Below are positions 29,609 through 39,425 of a stretch of 64,000 bases of DNA, one piece after another. The translations under genes and the position numbers were made by a program. The notes beneath the pieces were generated by a model, which was given only the letters and a program-made list of their open reading frames with translations, was not told the DNA's origin and made no database searches. How positions within the stretch are numbered: the stretch's first letter is position 1; each line of letters starts with the position of its first letter. Origin of the DNA: Porticoccaceae bacterium (GTDB taxonomy: Bacteria; Pseudomonadota; Gammaproteobacteria; Pseudomonadales; Porticoccaceae); the NCBI GenBank assembly GCA_038138645.1, contig JAYQEC010000003.1, forward strand, positions 5,081 through 69,080. The letters are read 5' to 3'.

Positions 29609-31039
29609 ATGAGTAAATCCGATAAAAACAACAGCGATAAGCGCAACAATTCAGCCACCAATGCCTCATGGGGTGGACGCTTTAACGAGCCTGTAGACAC
29701 CTTTGTAGCCCGCTTCACTGCCTCAGTTGATTTTGATCAACGCCTAGCCCAGCAGGACATTCAGGGTTCCATTGCTCACGCCAAGATGCTGACTAAAGTC
29801 GGCGTTCTTACAAGTGATGAACTCAAACAGATTATTGATGGCCTTGAAAAAATTGGTGAGGAAATTAATCAGCAACAGTTTGTCTGGTCTCAAACGCTAG
29901 AAGATGTTCATATGAATATTGAGGCGGCACTCACTGAACGTATTGGCATCGTAGGCAAAAAGTTACATACCGGACGCTCCAGAAATGATCAAGTTGCTAC
30001 TGATATCCGTCTTTGGCTTCGCGATCAAATCGATACCATCAAGCCACAGATTAGCCAATTACAGCAGAATATTATTGAGCTAGCCAAAAGCGAGGCCTCT
30101 ACAATTATGCCTGGCTTTACGCATTTACAAACTGCACAGCCAGTCACCTTTGGCCATCATCTTTTGGCTTGGAATGAAATGATTCAGCGCGACTATGAGC
30201 GTCTCTGCGATTGCCGAAAAAGACTAAATCAAAGCCCACTGGGATCGGCAGCATTAGCAGGCACCAGCTATCCTATAGATAGAGACTTTACCGCTACTGA
30301 GCTCGGCTTTACTAAACCATCAGAGAATTCTTTAGACTCTGTTAGCGATCGTGATTTTGCTATTGAATTTTGTGCATTTGCCAGTCTTCTAATGACGCAT
30401 TTTTCGCGTATTTCTGAAGAATTAATTTTATGGGCTTCTGCTCAGTTTCAGTTTATTGACCTTCCCGATCGCTTTTGCACCGGCTCTTCAATTATGCCGC
30501 AAAAGAAAAATCCCGATGTCCCTGAATTGGTGAGAGGAAAAACCGGCAGAGTTACCGGACAGCTGATCTCATTGCTTACCCTTATGAAGTCTCAACCACT
30601 GGCTTACAACAAGGATAACCAAGAAGACAAAGAACCTTTATTTGATGCAGTGGATACTGTTCAAGACTGTCTTCGCGCCTTTGGCGATATGATCCCTGCC
30701 ATTCAAGCTAACCGTGACTCTATGTATGAAGCGGCGCGCAGAGGTTTCTCCACAGCAACCGATTTAGCAGATTATCTGGTCTGTAAGGGCACTCCCTTTA
30801 GAGACTCTCACGAGGTGGTAGGCAACGCGGTTGCCTATGGTATCGAAAACAATAAAGATCTATCTGAGATGAGCCTCGAGGAGCTGCAGAGTTTCTCAAG
30901 CCTAATCGATAAGGATGTATTTGATGTGCTTACTTTAGAAGGCTCCGTAGCCGCTAGAAACCACCAAGGTGGAACAGCACCAGATCAGGTTAAGGCCGCA
31001 GCGGAACGGGCATTGGCATTGGTTAAAAGTCGAAGTTAA
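29609..31039 (+). CDS. argH: Argininosuccinate lyase
   Basis: [26 protein letters not shown]; start set to ATG 29609. Confidence 0.97.
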   Translation: MSKSDKNNSDKRNNSATNASWGGRFNEPVDTFVARFTASVDFDQRLAQQDIQGSIAHAKMLTKVGVLTSDELKQIIDGLEKIGEEINQQQFVWSQTLEDVHMNIEAALTERIGIVGKKLHTGRSRNDQVATDIRLWLRDQIDTIKPQISQLQQNIIELAKSEASTIMPGFTHLQTAQPVTFGHHLLAWNEMIQRDYERLCDCRKRLNQSPLGSAALAGTSYPIDRDFTATELGFTKPSENSLDSVSDRDFAIEFCAFASLLMTHFSRISEELILWASAQFQFIDLPDRFCTGSSIMPQKKNPDVPELVRGKTGRVTGQLISLLTLMKSQPLAYNKDNQEDKEPLFDAVDTVQDCLRAFGDMIPAIQANRDSMYEAARRGFSTATDLADYLVCKGTPFRDSHEVVGNAVAYGIENNKDLSEMSLEELQSFSSLIDKDVFDVLTLEGSVAARNHQGGTAPDQVKAAAERALALVKSRS

Positions 31040-31355
31040 CCTGCTCACCAGATTGCGCAAGGCAGGCATCGGAAAGCATCTCTATTAGGGGCTCACCGCT
31101 AACTGTATTGCGCCAAACAGACTCGTCACCTTCGCTGTCTAACTTAAAGTGGAAGCCACCTGACTTTGCAGCCAACCAAACCTCACCCAACGCTGGCTGG
31201 CGCGACAAAATAATTTGCGAACCGTTAGCTTCACAGGTAATGGTCAACATACCGGCAGTATTTTCATAATCTATATCCGCACCGCTATCATCAATACTCT
31301 CTTCAATTGAATACATAAGTTCATCGACAATTTGGTTAAACTGGGCTTCAGTCAT
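31023..31355 (-). CDS. cyaY: Iron donor protein CyaY (frataxin)
   Basis: [26 protein letters not shown]. Confidence 0.95.
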   Translation of the reverse strand: MTEAQFNQIVDELMYSIEESIDDSGADIDYENTAGMLTITCEANGSQIILSRQPALGEVWLAAKSGGFHFKLDSEGDESVWRNTVSGEPLIEMLSDACLAQSGEQVNFDF

Positions 31356-31449
31356 GATTAAAAATACCTGTCAGCAAGTGCTGAACATAATTGTTTGAGT
31401 GTGATTGGTTACTACCGCTATACTACTGCTTTTTCCATGGAAACAGAAC

Positions 31450-31575
31450 ATGCATCAACGATTTCCCATGCTTCTTTGCCTTTTGCTTGTCTGCGGCCTT
31501 ATTAGTTGCGGTAATACGGGTGACCTATACTTACCGGATGAAACAACATCCTCACAAAATGCGGAGTCTAAATAA
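31450..31575 (+). CDS. lptM: LPS translocon maturation lipoprotein LptM (YifL)
   Basis: 41-aa ORF below the track cutoff: MHQRFPMLLCLLLVCGLISCGNTGDLYLPDETTSSQNAESK. Lipobox plus CGxxGxLYLP; directly upstream of lysA. Confidence 0.85.
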   Translation: MHQRFPMLLCLLLVCGLISCGNTGDLYLPDETTSSQNAESK

Positions 31576-31577
31576 GC

Positions 31578-32831
31578 ATGCATAGCTCAGTTAAAACGGT
31601 TGGCAACCAGCGAATAATGGAACAGGTGCCATTAAAAACCATCGTAGAACAACATGGTTCACCCTGTTATGCCTACAGTAAAGCCGCTATTAGTGAGAAT
31701 TTTCTTAATTATCAGCGCGCCTTGGCTGCTCGCGATCACCTAATTTGCTACGCCGTAAAATCTAACTCTAATATTGCTGTATTACAAACCCTGGCTAAGC
31801 TAGGTGCGGGATTTGATATTGTTTCAGCTGGCGAATTAGAGCGTGTATTAATGGCCGGCGGCGATCCAACTAAGGTTGTTTATTCTGGTGTGGCTAAAAC
31901 AGCTGATGAAATGCGTCGTGCATTGGAAGTGGGTATTCACTGTTTTAATGTTGAGTCTGAATCTGAACTGAGGTTGTTAAATAAGACTGCCGCAGAAATC
32001 AATAAGGTTGCTCCAGTTTCACTTCGAGTCAATCCGGATGTAGATGCCAAAACTCACCCCTATATCTCTACTGGCCTAAAAGAAAATAAATTTGGCATCG
32101 ATATCAATCGAGCCTTTGATGTCTATCAACAGGCAGCAAAAATGGACAGTATTGCTGTAGTGGGGGTCGACTGCCATATTGGTTCACAATTAACTGATAT
32201 CACACCATTTATTGATGCCATGAAACATCTATTGGTGTTAGTAGATCGCCTAGCTGATGCCGGTATAAAACTTCATCATATCGATATTGGTGGTGGTCTA
32301 GGCGTATGCTACCAAAACGAGGTAGTGCCCTCATTAGAAAGCTACATGGACGCATTAGCTCCCTTACTTAAAGGGCGTACTGAAACACTGATTATGGAGC
32401 CAGGTCGCTCAATTACCGCCAATGCAGGTATCCTATTAATGCAGGTGCAAGTCATTAAGAAAAATGGTGATAAAAACTTTGCCATTGTAGATGCGGCTAT
32501 GAATGATATGTTGCGACCAGCACTCTATGATGCTTGGATGGATATCAATACAGTGGATACAGAATCCGAGAACAATGAAATTTATGATGTTGTTGGCCCG
32601 GTATGCGAGACTGGCGACTTTTTAGCCAAAGACAGGGCATTATCAATATCTGAAGGTGATTATCTGTATCTTTCATCTGCGGGAGCCTATGGCTTCACTA
32701 TGAGCTCTAACTACAATAGTCGCCCAAGAGTCGCTGAAGTTATGGTCGATAACAAGAAAATTCATCTAGTAAGAGCAAGAGAAACCCTTGAGGACCTTGT
32801 TCGCGGTGAACAGTTGGTACAAGAATCCTAA
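31578..32831 (+). CDS. lysA: Diaminopimelate decarboxylase
   Basis: YAVKSNSN, HIGSQ, DIGGG, EPGR, GPVCETGD. Confidence 0.97.
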   Translation: MHSSVKTVGNQRIMEQVPLKTIVEQHGSPCYAYSKAAISENFLNYQRALAARDHLICYAVKSNSNIAVLQTLAKLGAGFDIVSAGELERVLMAGGDPTKVVYSGVAKTADEMRRALEVGIHCFNVESESELRLLNKTAAEINKVAPVSLRVNPDVDAKTHPYISTGLKENKFGIDINRAFDVYQQAAKMDSIAVVGVDCHIGSQLTDITPFIDAMKHLLVLVDRLADAGIKLHHIDIGGGLGVCYQNEVVPSLESYMDALAPLLKGRTETLIMEPGRSITANAGILLMQVQVIKKNGDKNFAIVDAAMNDMLRPALYDAWMDINTVDTESENNEIYDVVGPVCETGDFLAKDRALSISEGDYLYLSSAGAYGFTMSSNYNSRPRVAEVMVDNKKIHLVRARETLEDLVRGEQLVQES

Positions 32832-33676
32832 TGGAGCATCGCAGAATGCAGACAAGATTTACCAAAATGCATGGGTTAGGCAACGACTTTGTGGTGCTTG
32901 ATGCAGTTCGCCAAAGCATCAGACTGACCACCGATATCATTAAGCGCATAGCTGATCGCAATTTGGGCATTGGCTGTGATCAAGTTCTGGTTATTGAGCC
33001 ACCTACAGATAGAAATATCGATTTTAACTACCGAATTTTTAATTGCGACGGCTCTGAAGTAGAGCAATGTGGTAATGGTGCTCGCTGCATCGGTCGATAT
33101 ATTAAAGACCAGCAGCTTTCCGGTAAAAAAACATTACGCATTAAGACAAAAAATCGAGTAATGGAAATTACTACCACCACCAAAAATATGATTACCGCTA
33201 ATATGGGTGAACCTAGCTTTATCCCTGCGGATATACCCTTAGATTCTGAGCAACAGAACGATCTATATAGCATTGATATCAATAACAGTAGCCTAAAGAT
33301 TGCCGCTCTATCAGTGGGCAATCCGCATGCAGTCCTTCAAGTTGATAATATTGATCAAGCCGATGTAGAAACTATAGGCTCTCTAATCCAAAAGCATAGC
33401 CTTTTCCCAGAGAGTGTTAATGTGGGGTTTATGCAGATAATTGATCGTCAAAATTTGGCATTGCGAGTTTATGAGCGCGGGGTAGGTGAAACTCAGGCCT
33501 GTGGCTCTGGTGCCTGTGCGGCAGCGGTAGCTGCTATTAAGCAGGGTCTAGTAGATAAGACTATTGAGATTAAACTGCTCGGCGGCAAGCTGACCATTGA
33601 GTGGCAGGGAGAAGGTCAGCCCATTCTTATGACTGGTCCAGCAGAAACTGTTTTCCACGGAAAAATTAAACTATGA
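32831..33676 (+). CDS. dapF: Diaminopimelate epimerase
   Basis: FTKMHGLGNDF, EQCGNG, GNPH, ERGVGETQACGSG; the start could be 32846. Confidence 0.97.
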   Translation: MEHRRMQTRFTKMHGLGNDFVVLDAVRQSIRLTTDIIKRIADRNLGIGCDQVLVIEPPTDRNIDFNYRIFNCDGSEVEQCGNGARCIGRYIKDQQLSGKKTLRIKTKNRVMEITTTTKNMITANMGEPSFIPADIPLDSEQQNDLYSIDINNSSLKIAALSVGNPHAVLQVDNIDQADVETIGSLIQKHSLFPESVNVGFMQIIDRQNLALRVYERGVGETQACGSGACAAAVAAIKQGLVDKTIEIKLLGGKLTIEWQGEGQPILMTGPAETVFHGKIKL

Positions 33677-34356
33677 CAACTAAAAAAGCGCAGGCAAAAG
33701 AATTGCAATTAGTGCGTGATTACTTAATTAACCATCCCGATTTTTTCGAAGAAAACCCAGATATCCTAGAGGCGATTAACCTCTCCCATGACAGCGGTAA
33801 AGCTATCTCACTGGTTGAGCGCCAAATCACCATTATGCGCGACAAAAATAAAGCGCTAAGTGGCCAAGTAGAACAGCTAATTGTCACAGCAAAAAACAAC
33901 GATCAATTGTTGGCTAAAACTAATCAGCTAGTGCTTAAACTAATACAGGCTGAAGACCTTAACAGCTTGATAAAGGCTCTAGATACTAGCCTTAAAGACG
34001 ACTTTAATACTGAGTTTTATAGCCTAACTCTGATAGATAAGGGTTTATACGCATCAAAAATCGCAGCTAATTTAGTCTCAGAAGAAGACGCAAAATCCAA
34101 AATTAGCAGTCTTTTAAGCGCGCAAAAAGCTGTCAGTGGGGTTCTGCGAGAAGAGCAAATCAATTTTCTCTTTGAGCAATCAGCCAATAGCGTAGCTTCA
34201 GTAATTGCGCTTCCTCTAAATTCATCGGAACCGCTTGGTGTACTTGCTCTTGGCAGTAGTGATGCCGATTTCTATACCCATGATATAGGCACGGTATTTA
34301 TTGACTATATCGGCGCATTGCTGAATGAGTTAATTCCCAAGCACTTAAACGCCTAG
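33673..34356 (+). CDS. DUF484 (YigA) family protein
   Basis: YL..HPDFF, ISLVERQ, GVLALGS; follows dapF. Confidence 0.9.
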   Translation: MTTKKAQAKELQLVRDYLINHPDFFEENPDILEAINLSHDSGKAISLVERQITIMRDKNKALSGQVEQLIVTAKNNDQLLAKTNQLVLKLIQAEDLNSLIKALDTSLKDDFNTEFYSLTLIDKGLYASKIAANLVSEEDAKSKISSLLSAQKAVSGVLREEQINFLFEQSANSVASVIALPLNSSEPLGVLALGSSDADFYTHDIGTVFIDYIGALLNELIPKHLNA

Positions 34357-36746
34357 CGTTTAGACTTACGCTTGCGCTTTGCTCCTGATTTATGGGTTTT
34401 ACCCTTAGGCTGGCGTCGACTTTTAGGTGATTTCTTGGCTCTATTTTTTTTTGGCCGATCATCAACCCGCTTATTATTCGATTTTAACTTAGGAGTTTTG
34501 GTTTCCTTTGAGCCTGTATCGATAAGCTCAAAATCAATTTTCCTTTCTTCTAAATTAACACGAACCACCTGAACACGTACTTTTTGACCCAAACGAAAAA
34601 CTCTACCCGTTCTCTCGCCAACCATTCGATGCTGTGTTGCTTCATGATGATAATAATCCTTTGGCAAGCCAGTGACATGAATTAGCCCCTCAACCATTAG
34701 CTCATCCAACATAACAAACAGACCAAAACCAGTTACCGCACTGACCACACCGCTGTACTGCTCTGAAACACGATCCATAAGAAATTCGCATTTCAGCCAA
34801 TTAACCACATCTCTGGTTGCCTCATCAGCACGACGCTCAGTCACCGAGAGGTGCTGACCGACCTCCTCCAAAGAACCTAATTCATAGGGATAGTAAACCT
34901 GTTTATCATCAGTTGAAGAATGATCAGGTCGACGAATATGTGGCGAACTTTTACCACTCTTTATTAGGCTGCGAATAGCACGATGAACTAACAGGTCTGA
35001 ATATCTTCGAATCGGTGAAGTGAAATGGGTATAAGCATCAAATGCTAAACCAAAATGACCTAAATTTTCACATTGATACACCGCCTGACTCATAGACCTT
35101 AGTAATACCGACTGGATAATCGGTGCATCATCACGATGCTTTACCGCATTTAATACCTGTCTGTAGTGCATTGGCATTGGATCATCGCCACCACCCAGAC
35201 CAATACCCAATTCACCCAAAAAATCACGTACCGATATTAAACGCTCCTCGCTCGGCCCCTCATGGACGCGATACAGGGCAGGCAATTTCGACTTTTGCAA
35301 AAATTCTGCAGCACATAGATTGGCACACAGCATACATTCTTCAATTAAGCGGTGAGCATCGGTTCTATCAACGGGAATAATTTGGCTAATTTTGCGCTTA
35401 GCATCAAATAGAATACGAGTTTCCTGGGTATCGAAATCAATAGCGCCACGTTGACTACGACATTTTTGTAGCTGCATTGCCAGACTTTGCAGGGCATCAA
35501 CCTGAGGTAATATAGCCGAAAACTGTTGTCGAACAGCAGACTCTTGCTGTTGGTTTTTTTCAGAAATTATTTGCGCAACCTGAGTGTATGTCATGCGCGC
35601 ATGGGAATGCATCACTGCTTCGTAAAACTGGTAAGCTTCAATAACCCCTTTGTCACTAATCTGCATTTCACAGACCATGCAAAATCGATCCTCAGCAGGA
35701 TTGAGTGAACATAAGCCATTTGATAGCTTTTCCGGCAACATAGGAACTACATGATTAGGAAAATAAACAGAATTACCGCGCGAAAAAGCTTCTTTATCTA
35801 GCTCAGAACCCACTTGGACATAGTGAGAAACATCAGCGATGGCAACAATTAACTGCCAGCCTCCTTTTTCTATTGGCTGACAGAAAACCGCATCGTCAAA
35901 GTCTCTCGCATCTTCACCATCAATGGTAATCAGAGGAATAGATCTCAGGTCAATCCTATTGTCGCAGTGGGTAATTTCCGATGGAATTTCGTCAGTTTCT
36001 GACTCGAGTTCAGCAGACCATTGATAAGGAATACCATAGTTTCTAATCGCCATATCAATTTCTATACCAGGATCCAAATGCTCACCCAGCACCTCAGAAA
36101 CAAAACCAACGGGCAAATTATTTCGCGTGGGTGGCTCCAAGATATCTACAACGACAATCTGGCCAGGCTCTGCAACACAGGGACGCTCACCAGTGATCAA
36201 AATATCTTGGCTAATTCTAGGATTATCAGGGCGAACAAAATTAATTCCACTTTCACGAAAATAACGACCAACCAACTGCTGGGTCGAACGCTCTAAAATA
36301 TCAACCAAGGATCCTTCGGGACGACCACGACGATCCCAACCTGCAATTCTAACGAGAACAATATCGCCATCAAAAACACGGCGCATCTGAGCACTAGAAA
36401 GAAAAATATCATCGCCCTCACCGCTTAATGGCGCCACAAAACCATAGCCCTCAGCATGGCCTATCACTCGACCCTTAACTAAATTTAGCCTACCTAGAGT
36501 GCCAAATCCGCCACGTCGATTACGTGCAAGCTGACCGTCTCTCTCCATCGCATTGAGCCGTCGGCGCATGGCTTCCACCTGATCGGCATCAGAGAGTTCT
36601 AAAGCCTTACAAATAGCCTCATGAGTCAATGGGCCAATACTCTGTTCCAAATAATCTAAAATAAATTCTCGACTAGGAATTGGATTGTCATATTTAGATG
36701 CCTCTCGCTCGGCAAAGACATCCTTGTTGGACTTAGATTTTTTCAT
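34353..36746 (-). CDS. rnr: Ribonuclease R
   Basis: KYDNPIPSRE, ITIDGEDARDFDDA, HFTSPIRRY, S1 domain, basic tail; start set to ATG 36746. Confidence 0.97.
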   Translation of the reverse strand: MKKSKSNKDVFAEREASKYDNPIPSREFILDYLEQSIGPLTHEAICKALELSDADQVEAMRRRLNAMERDGQLARNRRGGFGTLGRLNLVKGRVIGHAEGYGFVAPLSGEGDDIFLSSAQMRRVFDGDIVLVRIAGWDRRGRPEGSLVDILERSTQQLVGRYFRESGINFVRPDNPRISQDILITGERPCVAEPGQIVVVDILEPPTRNNLPVGFVSEVLGEHLDPGIEIDMAIRNYGIPYQWSAELESETDEIPSEITHCDNRIDLRSIPLITIDGEDARDFDDAVFCQPIEKGGWQLIVAIADVSHYVQVGSELDKEAFSRGNSVYFPNHVVPMLPEKLSNGLCSLNPAEDRFCMVCEMQISDKGVIEAYQFYEAVMHSHARMTYTQVAQIISEKNQQQESAVRQQFSAILPQVDALQSLAMQLQKCRSQRGAIDFDTQETRILFDAKRKISQIIPVDRTDAHRLIEECMLCANLCAAEFLQKSKLPALYRVHEGPSEERLISVRDFLGELGIGLGGGDDPMPMHYRQVLNAVKHRDDAPIIQSVLLRSMSQAVYQCENLGHFGLAFDAYTHFTSPIRRYSDLLVHRAIRSLIKSGKSSPHIRRPDHSSTDDKQVYYPYELGSLEEVGQHLSVTERRADEATRDVVNWLKCEFLMDRVSEQYSGVVSAVTGFGLFVMLDELMVEGLIHVTGLPKDYYHHEATQHRMVGERTGRVFRLGQKVRVQVVRVNLEERKIDFELIDTGSKETKTPKLKSNNKRVDDRPKKNRAKKSPKSRRQPKGKTHKSGAKRKRKSKR

Positions 36747-36838
36747 ATACATCCAAATTAAAATTTCTAACAGTCTATGACGGATACGGCTTTGAGAGAA
36801 GAACTTCTTGAAAGTTTTATACAAAGTTTAATTTAGAT

Positions 36839-36864
36839 AAAAAAACCTCGCGGGAGCGAGGTTT
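36839..36864 (-). terminator. Intrinsic terminator closing the minus-strand transcript before rnr
   Basis: Minus strand AAACCTCGC-TCCC-GCGAGGTTTTTTT. Confidence 0.85.
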
Positions 36865-36938
36865 AAAGAGGGAGTAAATAACAAGATCAACCTGTACCGT
36901 CTATGGTACATAGCAACTACCCTGTCGCCGTATGATGA

Positions 36939-37055
36939 CTACCTTGAAACAACAGCCCCGACATCCATCGAACAAAATTTTTGACCGAAAAGATGAAACT
37001 GCAGAGACTTAACAATGGTGTTGGGGATTGTGCTTGCTAACCAATGTAAATCCAT
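36939..37055 (-). CDS. Putative 38-aa small protein within a structured transcript
   Basis: AGGAAG SD 6 nt before the ATG; MDLHWLASTIPNTIVKSLQFHLFGQKFCSMDVGAVVSR; no recognisable homology. Confidence 0.35.
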   Translation of the reverse strand: MDLHWLASTIPNTIVKSLQFHLFGQKFCSMDVGAVVSR

Positions 37056-37169
37056 TTAAAGCTTCCTACTGGGACAGTTGACCTTGTATATATAAACTTA
37101 GAGCATAATCAACCAAATTCATATTACACTGATGCGTTAATACGGACGTACTAAATCTTGTATCTGGAA

Positions 37170-39425
37170 TTATTGCACTGAATCGACTGATTTAAACTTA
37201 GGCGATGACAGCATGAATTGACGTATGGCATCTATGATCTCAAAACCTCTGTTACTTGAATCACTATCTAAGCTCTTGAGCTCAACCACCAAATCGCGTA
37301 TTTCGGATATACCATATAAACCACAAAACCCCATCAGATCATGAAGTAAGGACCTAATAGCTACTTGATCACTATCTCGAAAACTTACTTCAAGATTATT
37401 CAGATTCTTTTCGATTTCTTTTTTTAAATCCGCAACAGGGATAAATGATGACAACATACCCTCACTCGAAAGTGCGACAGGCGGTGGCTGTTGATCTAAA
37501 ACCTCTAAAATTGTATTAATTAATGTGATTTCATCAATCGGTTTTTGCTGAACACTTTTTGCTCCCGCATCGATTAATTGACGCCTTACTGAATCCGTAA
37601 TATCCGCTGTTAATCCTATAATAGGTGGACTACCATCTATCTTAACCAGAGTTTTGGTAGCTTCCATACCATCAACAATGGGCATATGAAGGTCCATAAG
37701 AATTAAATCAAAAGAATCAGACGCTGATATATCGATCGCCTCTTGACCATTACTAACCACATTACAAACTGCACCATGATGCTTTAAAAGTTTAACCAAA
37801 AGTTGCTGGTTAAACTCATTATCCTCAGCAACCAAAATACTTAAACCAGATAACATATTGCCAGCTAAATGCTGACTCGTATCCTTAATCTGCTGTTTCT
37901 CTATTTCATTTTCGTTACGCACAAACTCACAGGTAAAGGCAACTGATGTTCCCTGATCGACTTCGCTATTAATACTGATGTCGCCTCCCATAGCAACCAC
38001 CAGACGCTTAGCAATAGATAACCCCAAGCCACTGCCACCATAGCGACGGTTAATCGAAGTATCCTCCTGAATAAATGGATCAAAAAGACTGGGTATTTTT
38101 TGCTTAGCAATACCCTTTCCAGTGTCCGTAATAACAAAGCGTAAGGCTACCTTATCCGTCTTAGATTCAAGATTGGTTATAGCTAAAGAAATTGACCCAG
38201 ACTCAGTAAACTTAATTGCATTATTGAGCAAATTGCCAATAACTTGCGCCAATCGAACTGGGTCTCCAAATAGATTAACAGGTACAGTTTTATCGAGATC
38301 TATCTTTAAGCTCAGGTTTTTATTTTTTGCCTCAAGAGTAAATAAAGCATTTAAATCTTCAACTAGCTTATCAAGCTCAAAGGCGACAATATTTAGAGTA
38401 AAGCCACTCCTCTCAGCGCGTGAAAAATCTAATACATCGTCAATCATGGTTAGAAGAACCGTCGAGCAACGCTGAATAACTCTTAGCTGCTCATTACGCT
38501 CCTGCTCCTCTCCCTCCTCATGAAGCATTTTTGAAAATCCAAGAACAGCGGTTAGAGGTGTTCTAAGTTCATGGCTCATTCTGGCTAAAAATTGATCTTT
38601 GGTTCGCATCGCCTCCTCAAGATCAGCCAGAGTATTCTTAAGTTCCTGAGTAGCTCGATCAATTTCACTTTGCATCAATTGATTAGATTCGCGCACACTA
38701 TCCGCCAATCCATTTATACCGCGCGCTAGTTTGGCTAACTCAGAAATTCCGGTTTCACTGGCCACTGACTTTAGATCCCCAGACTCCATTTCGCCAACAA
38801 CATCCTTGAGCTTTTCCAATGGCTCAGACACGGTTCGACTAATTCGAATGGATAACCAAAAGGCTAGCAGCAAACTAAATAAAACCACCGTCGCAGCAGT
38901 TACAATAAAACTCCGCTCCTTTTCACGCAGAATTTTGTCACTTAGCGAAACAAGCACCCATCCGATTTTTTCAGGCTCATACTCAATATCATCCCCAAAA
39001 TCCATTATAGGTGAGCGTTCAGATATTATTTCTGAATAAAAATACCAATAGCCACCCATTTCAAAGGGTATGCTAATATCAACATTTGAGGGTAATTTAC
39101 CTTCAGATGGGCCAACACTACCAATTTCTATTCGTTCATTATCTTTGTAGCTATAAAAGATGACACCCTCAACGGAAGGAGTCTCTAAGGTTGCATAACT
39201 GAGTGAATCCAATCTTTTTCGATCACCCGAATAAAGTGCAAATGCTGTATTTTGAGACACCTGACGCACTGCAATATGCCCAGTATCATGAAGACTACTT
39301 AACATTTCTGCACGCTGATTAGATATAAAATAAAATGCCATCAAACTACTAAGTAAAGCCAGTGGCACTAGCCCTGTAACTATTAATCGGCTAGAGATAC
39401 TGTTGAAGTCGAAAGGGAGTTTCAT
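37170..39425 (-). CDS. Hybrid sensor histidine kinase (2 TM, HAMP, HisKA, HATPase, REC, short HPt; BarA/GacS-like)
   Basis: MSHELRTPL, NLLNNAIKFT, DTGKGI, GSGLGL, ILMDLHMP, LLHDLMGFCG. ATG 39425 overlaps the upstream TGA. Confidence 0.92.
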   Translation of the reverse strand: MKLPFDFNSISSRLIVTGLVPLALLSSLMAFYFISNQRAEMLSSLHDTGHIAVRQVSQNTAFALYSGDRKRLDSLSYATLETPSVEGVIFYSYKDNERIEIGSVGPSEGKLPSNVDISIPFEMGGYWYFYSEIISERSPIMDFGDDIEYEPEKIGWVLVSLSDKILREKERSFIVTAATVVLFSLLLAFWLSIRISRTVSEPLEKLKDVVGEMESGDLKSVASETGISELAKLARGINGLADSVRESNQLMQSEIDRATQELKNTLADLEEAMRTKDQFLARMSHELRTPLTAVLGFSKMLHEEGEEQERNEQLRVIQRCSTVLLTMIDDVLDFSRAERSGFTLNIVAFELDKLVEDLNALFTLEAKNKNLSLKIDLDKTVPVNLFGDPVRLAQVIGNLLNNAIKFTESGSISLAITNLESKTDKVALRFVITDTGKGIAKQKIPSLFDPFIQEDTSINRRYGGSGLGLSIAKRLVVAMGGDISINSEVDQGTSVAFTCEFVRNENEIEKQQIKDTSQHLAGNMLSGLSILVAEDNEFNQQLLVKLLKHHGAVCNVVSNGQEAIDISASDSFDLILMDLHMPIVDGMEATKTLVKIDGSPPIIGLTADITDSVRRQLIDAGAKSVQQKPIDEITLINTILEVLDQQPPPVALSSEGMLSSFIPVADLKKEIEKNLNNLEVSFRDSDQVAIRSLLHDLMGFCGLYGISEIRDLVVELKSLDSDSSNRGFEIIDAIRQFMLSSPKFKSVDSVQ

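Noticed and set aside
31391-31585. 64-aa ORF upstream of lysA
   Set aside because: It is a shadow of the lptM gene in another frame.
36747-36838. tRNA-Leu usually found upstream of rnr; mobile-element boundaries of the signalling operon
   Set aside because: No cloverleaf or T-loop, integrase, or direct repeats were seen.
36865-37070. Rsm/Csr-type sRNA interpretation of the RNA downstream of the kinase
   Set aside because: Only about three GGA motifs are present and the clear hairpin loops are AGGGUA and AUAGAC, so CsrA titration is not supported; kept as an unclassified RNA candidate.
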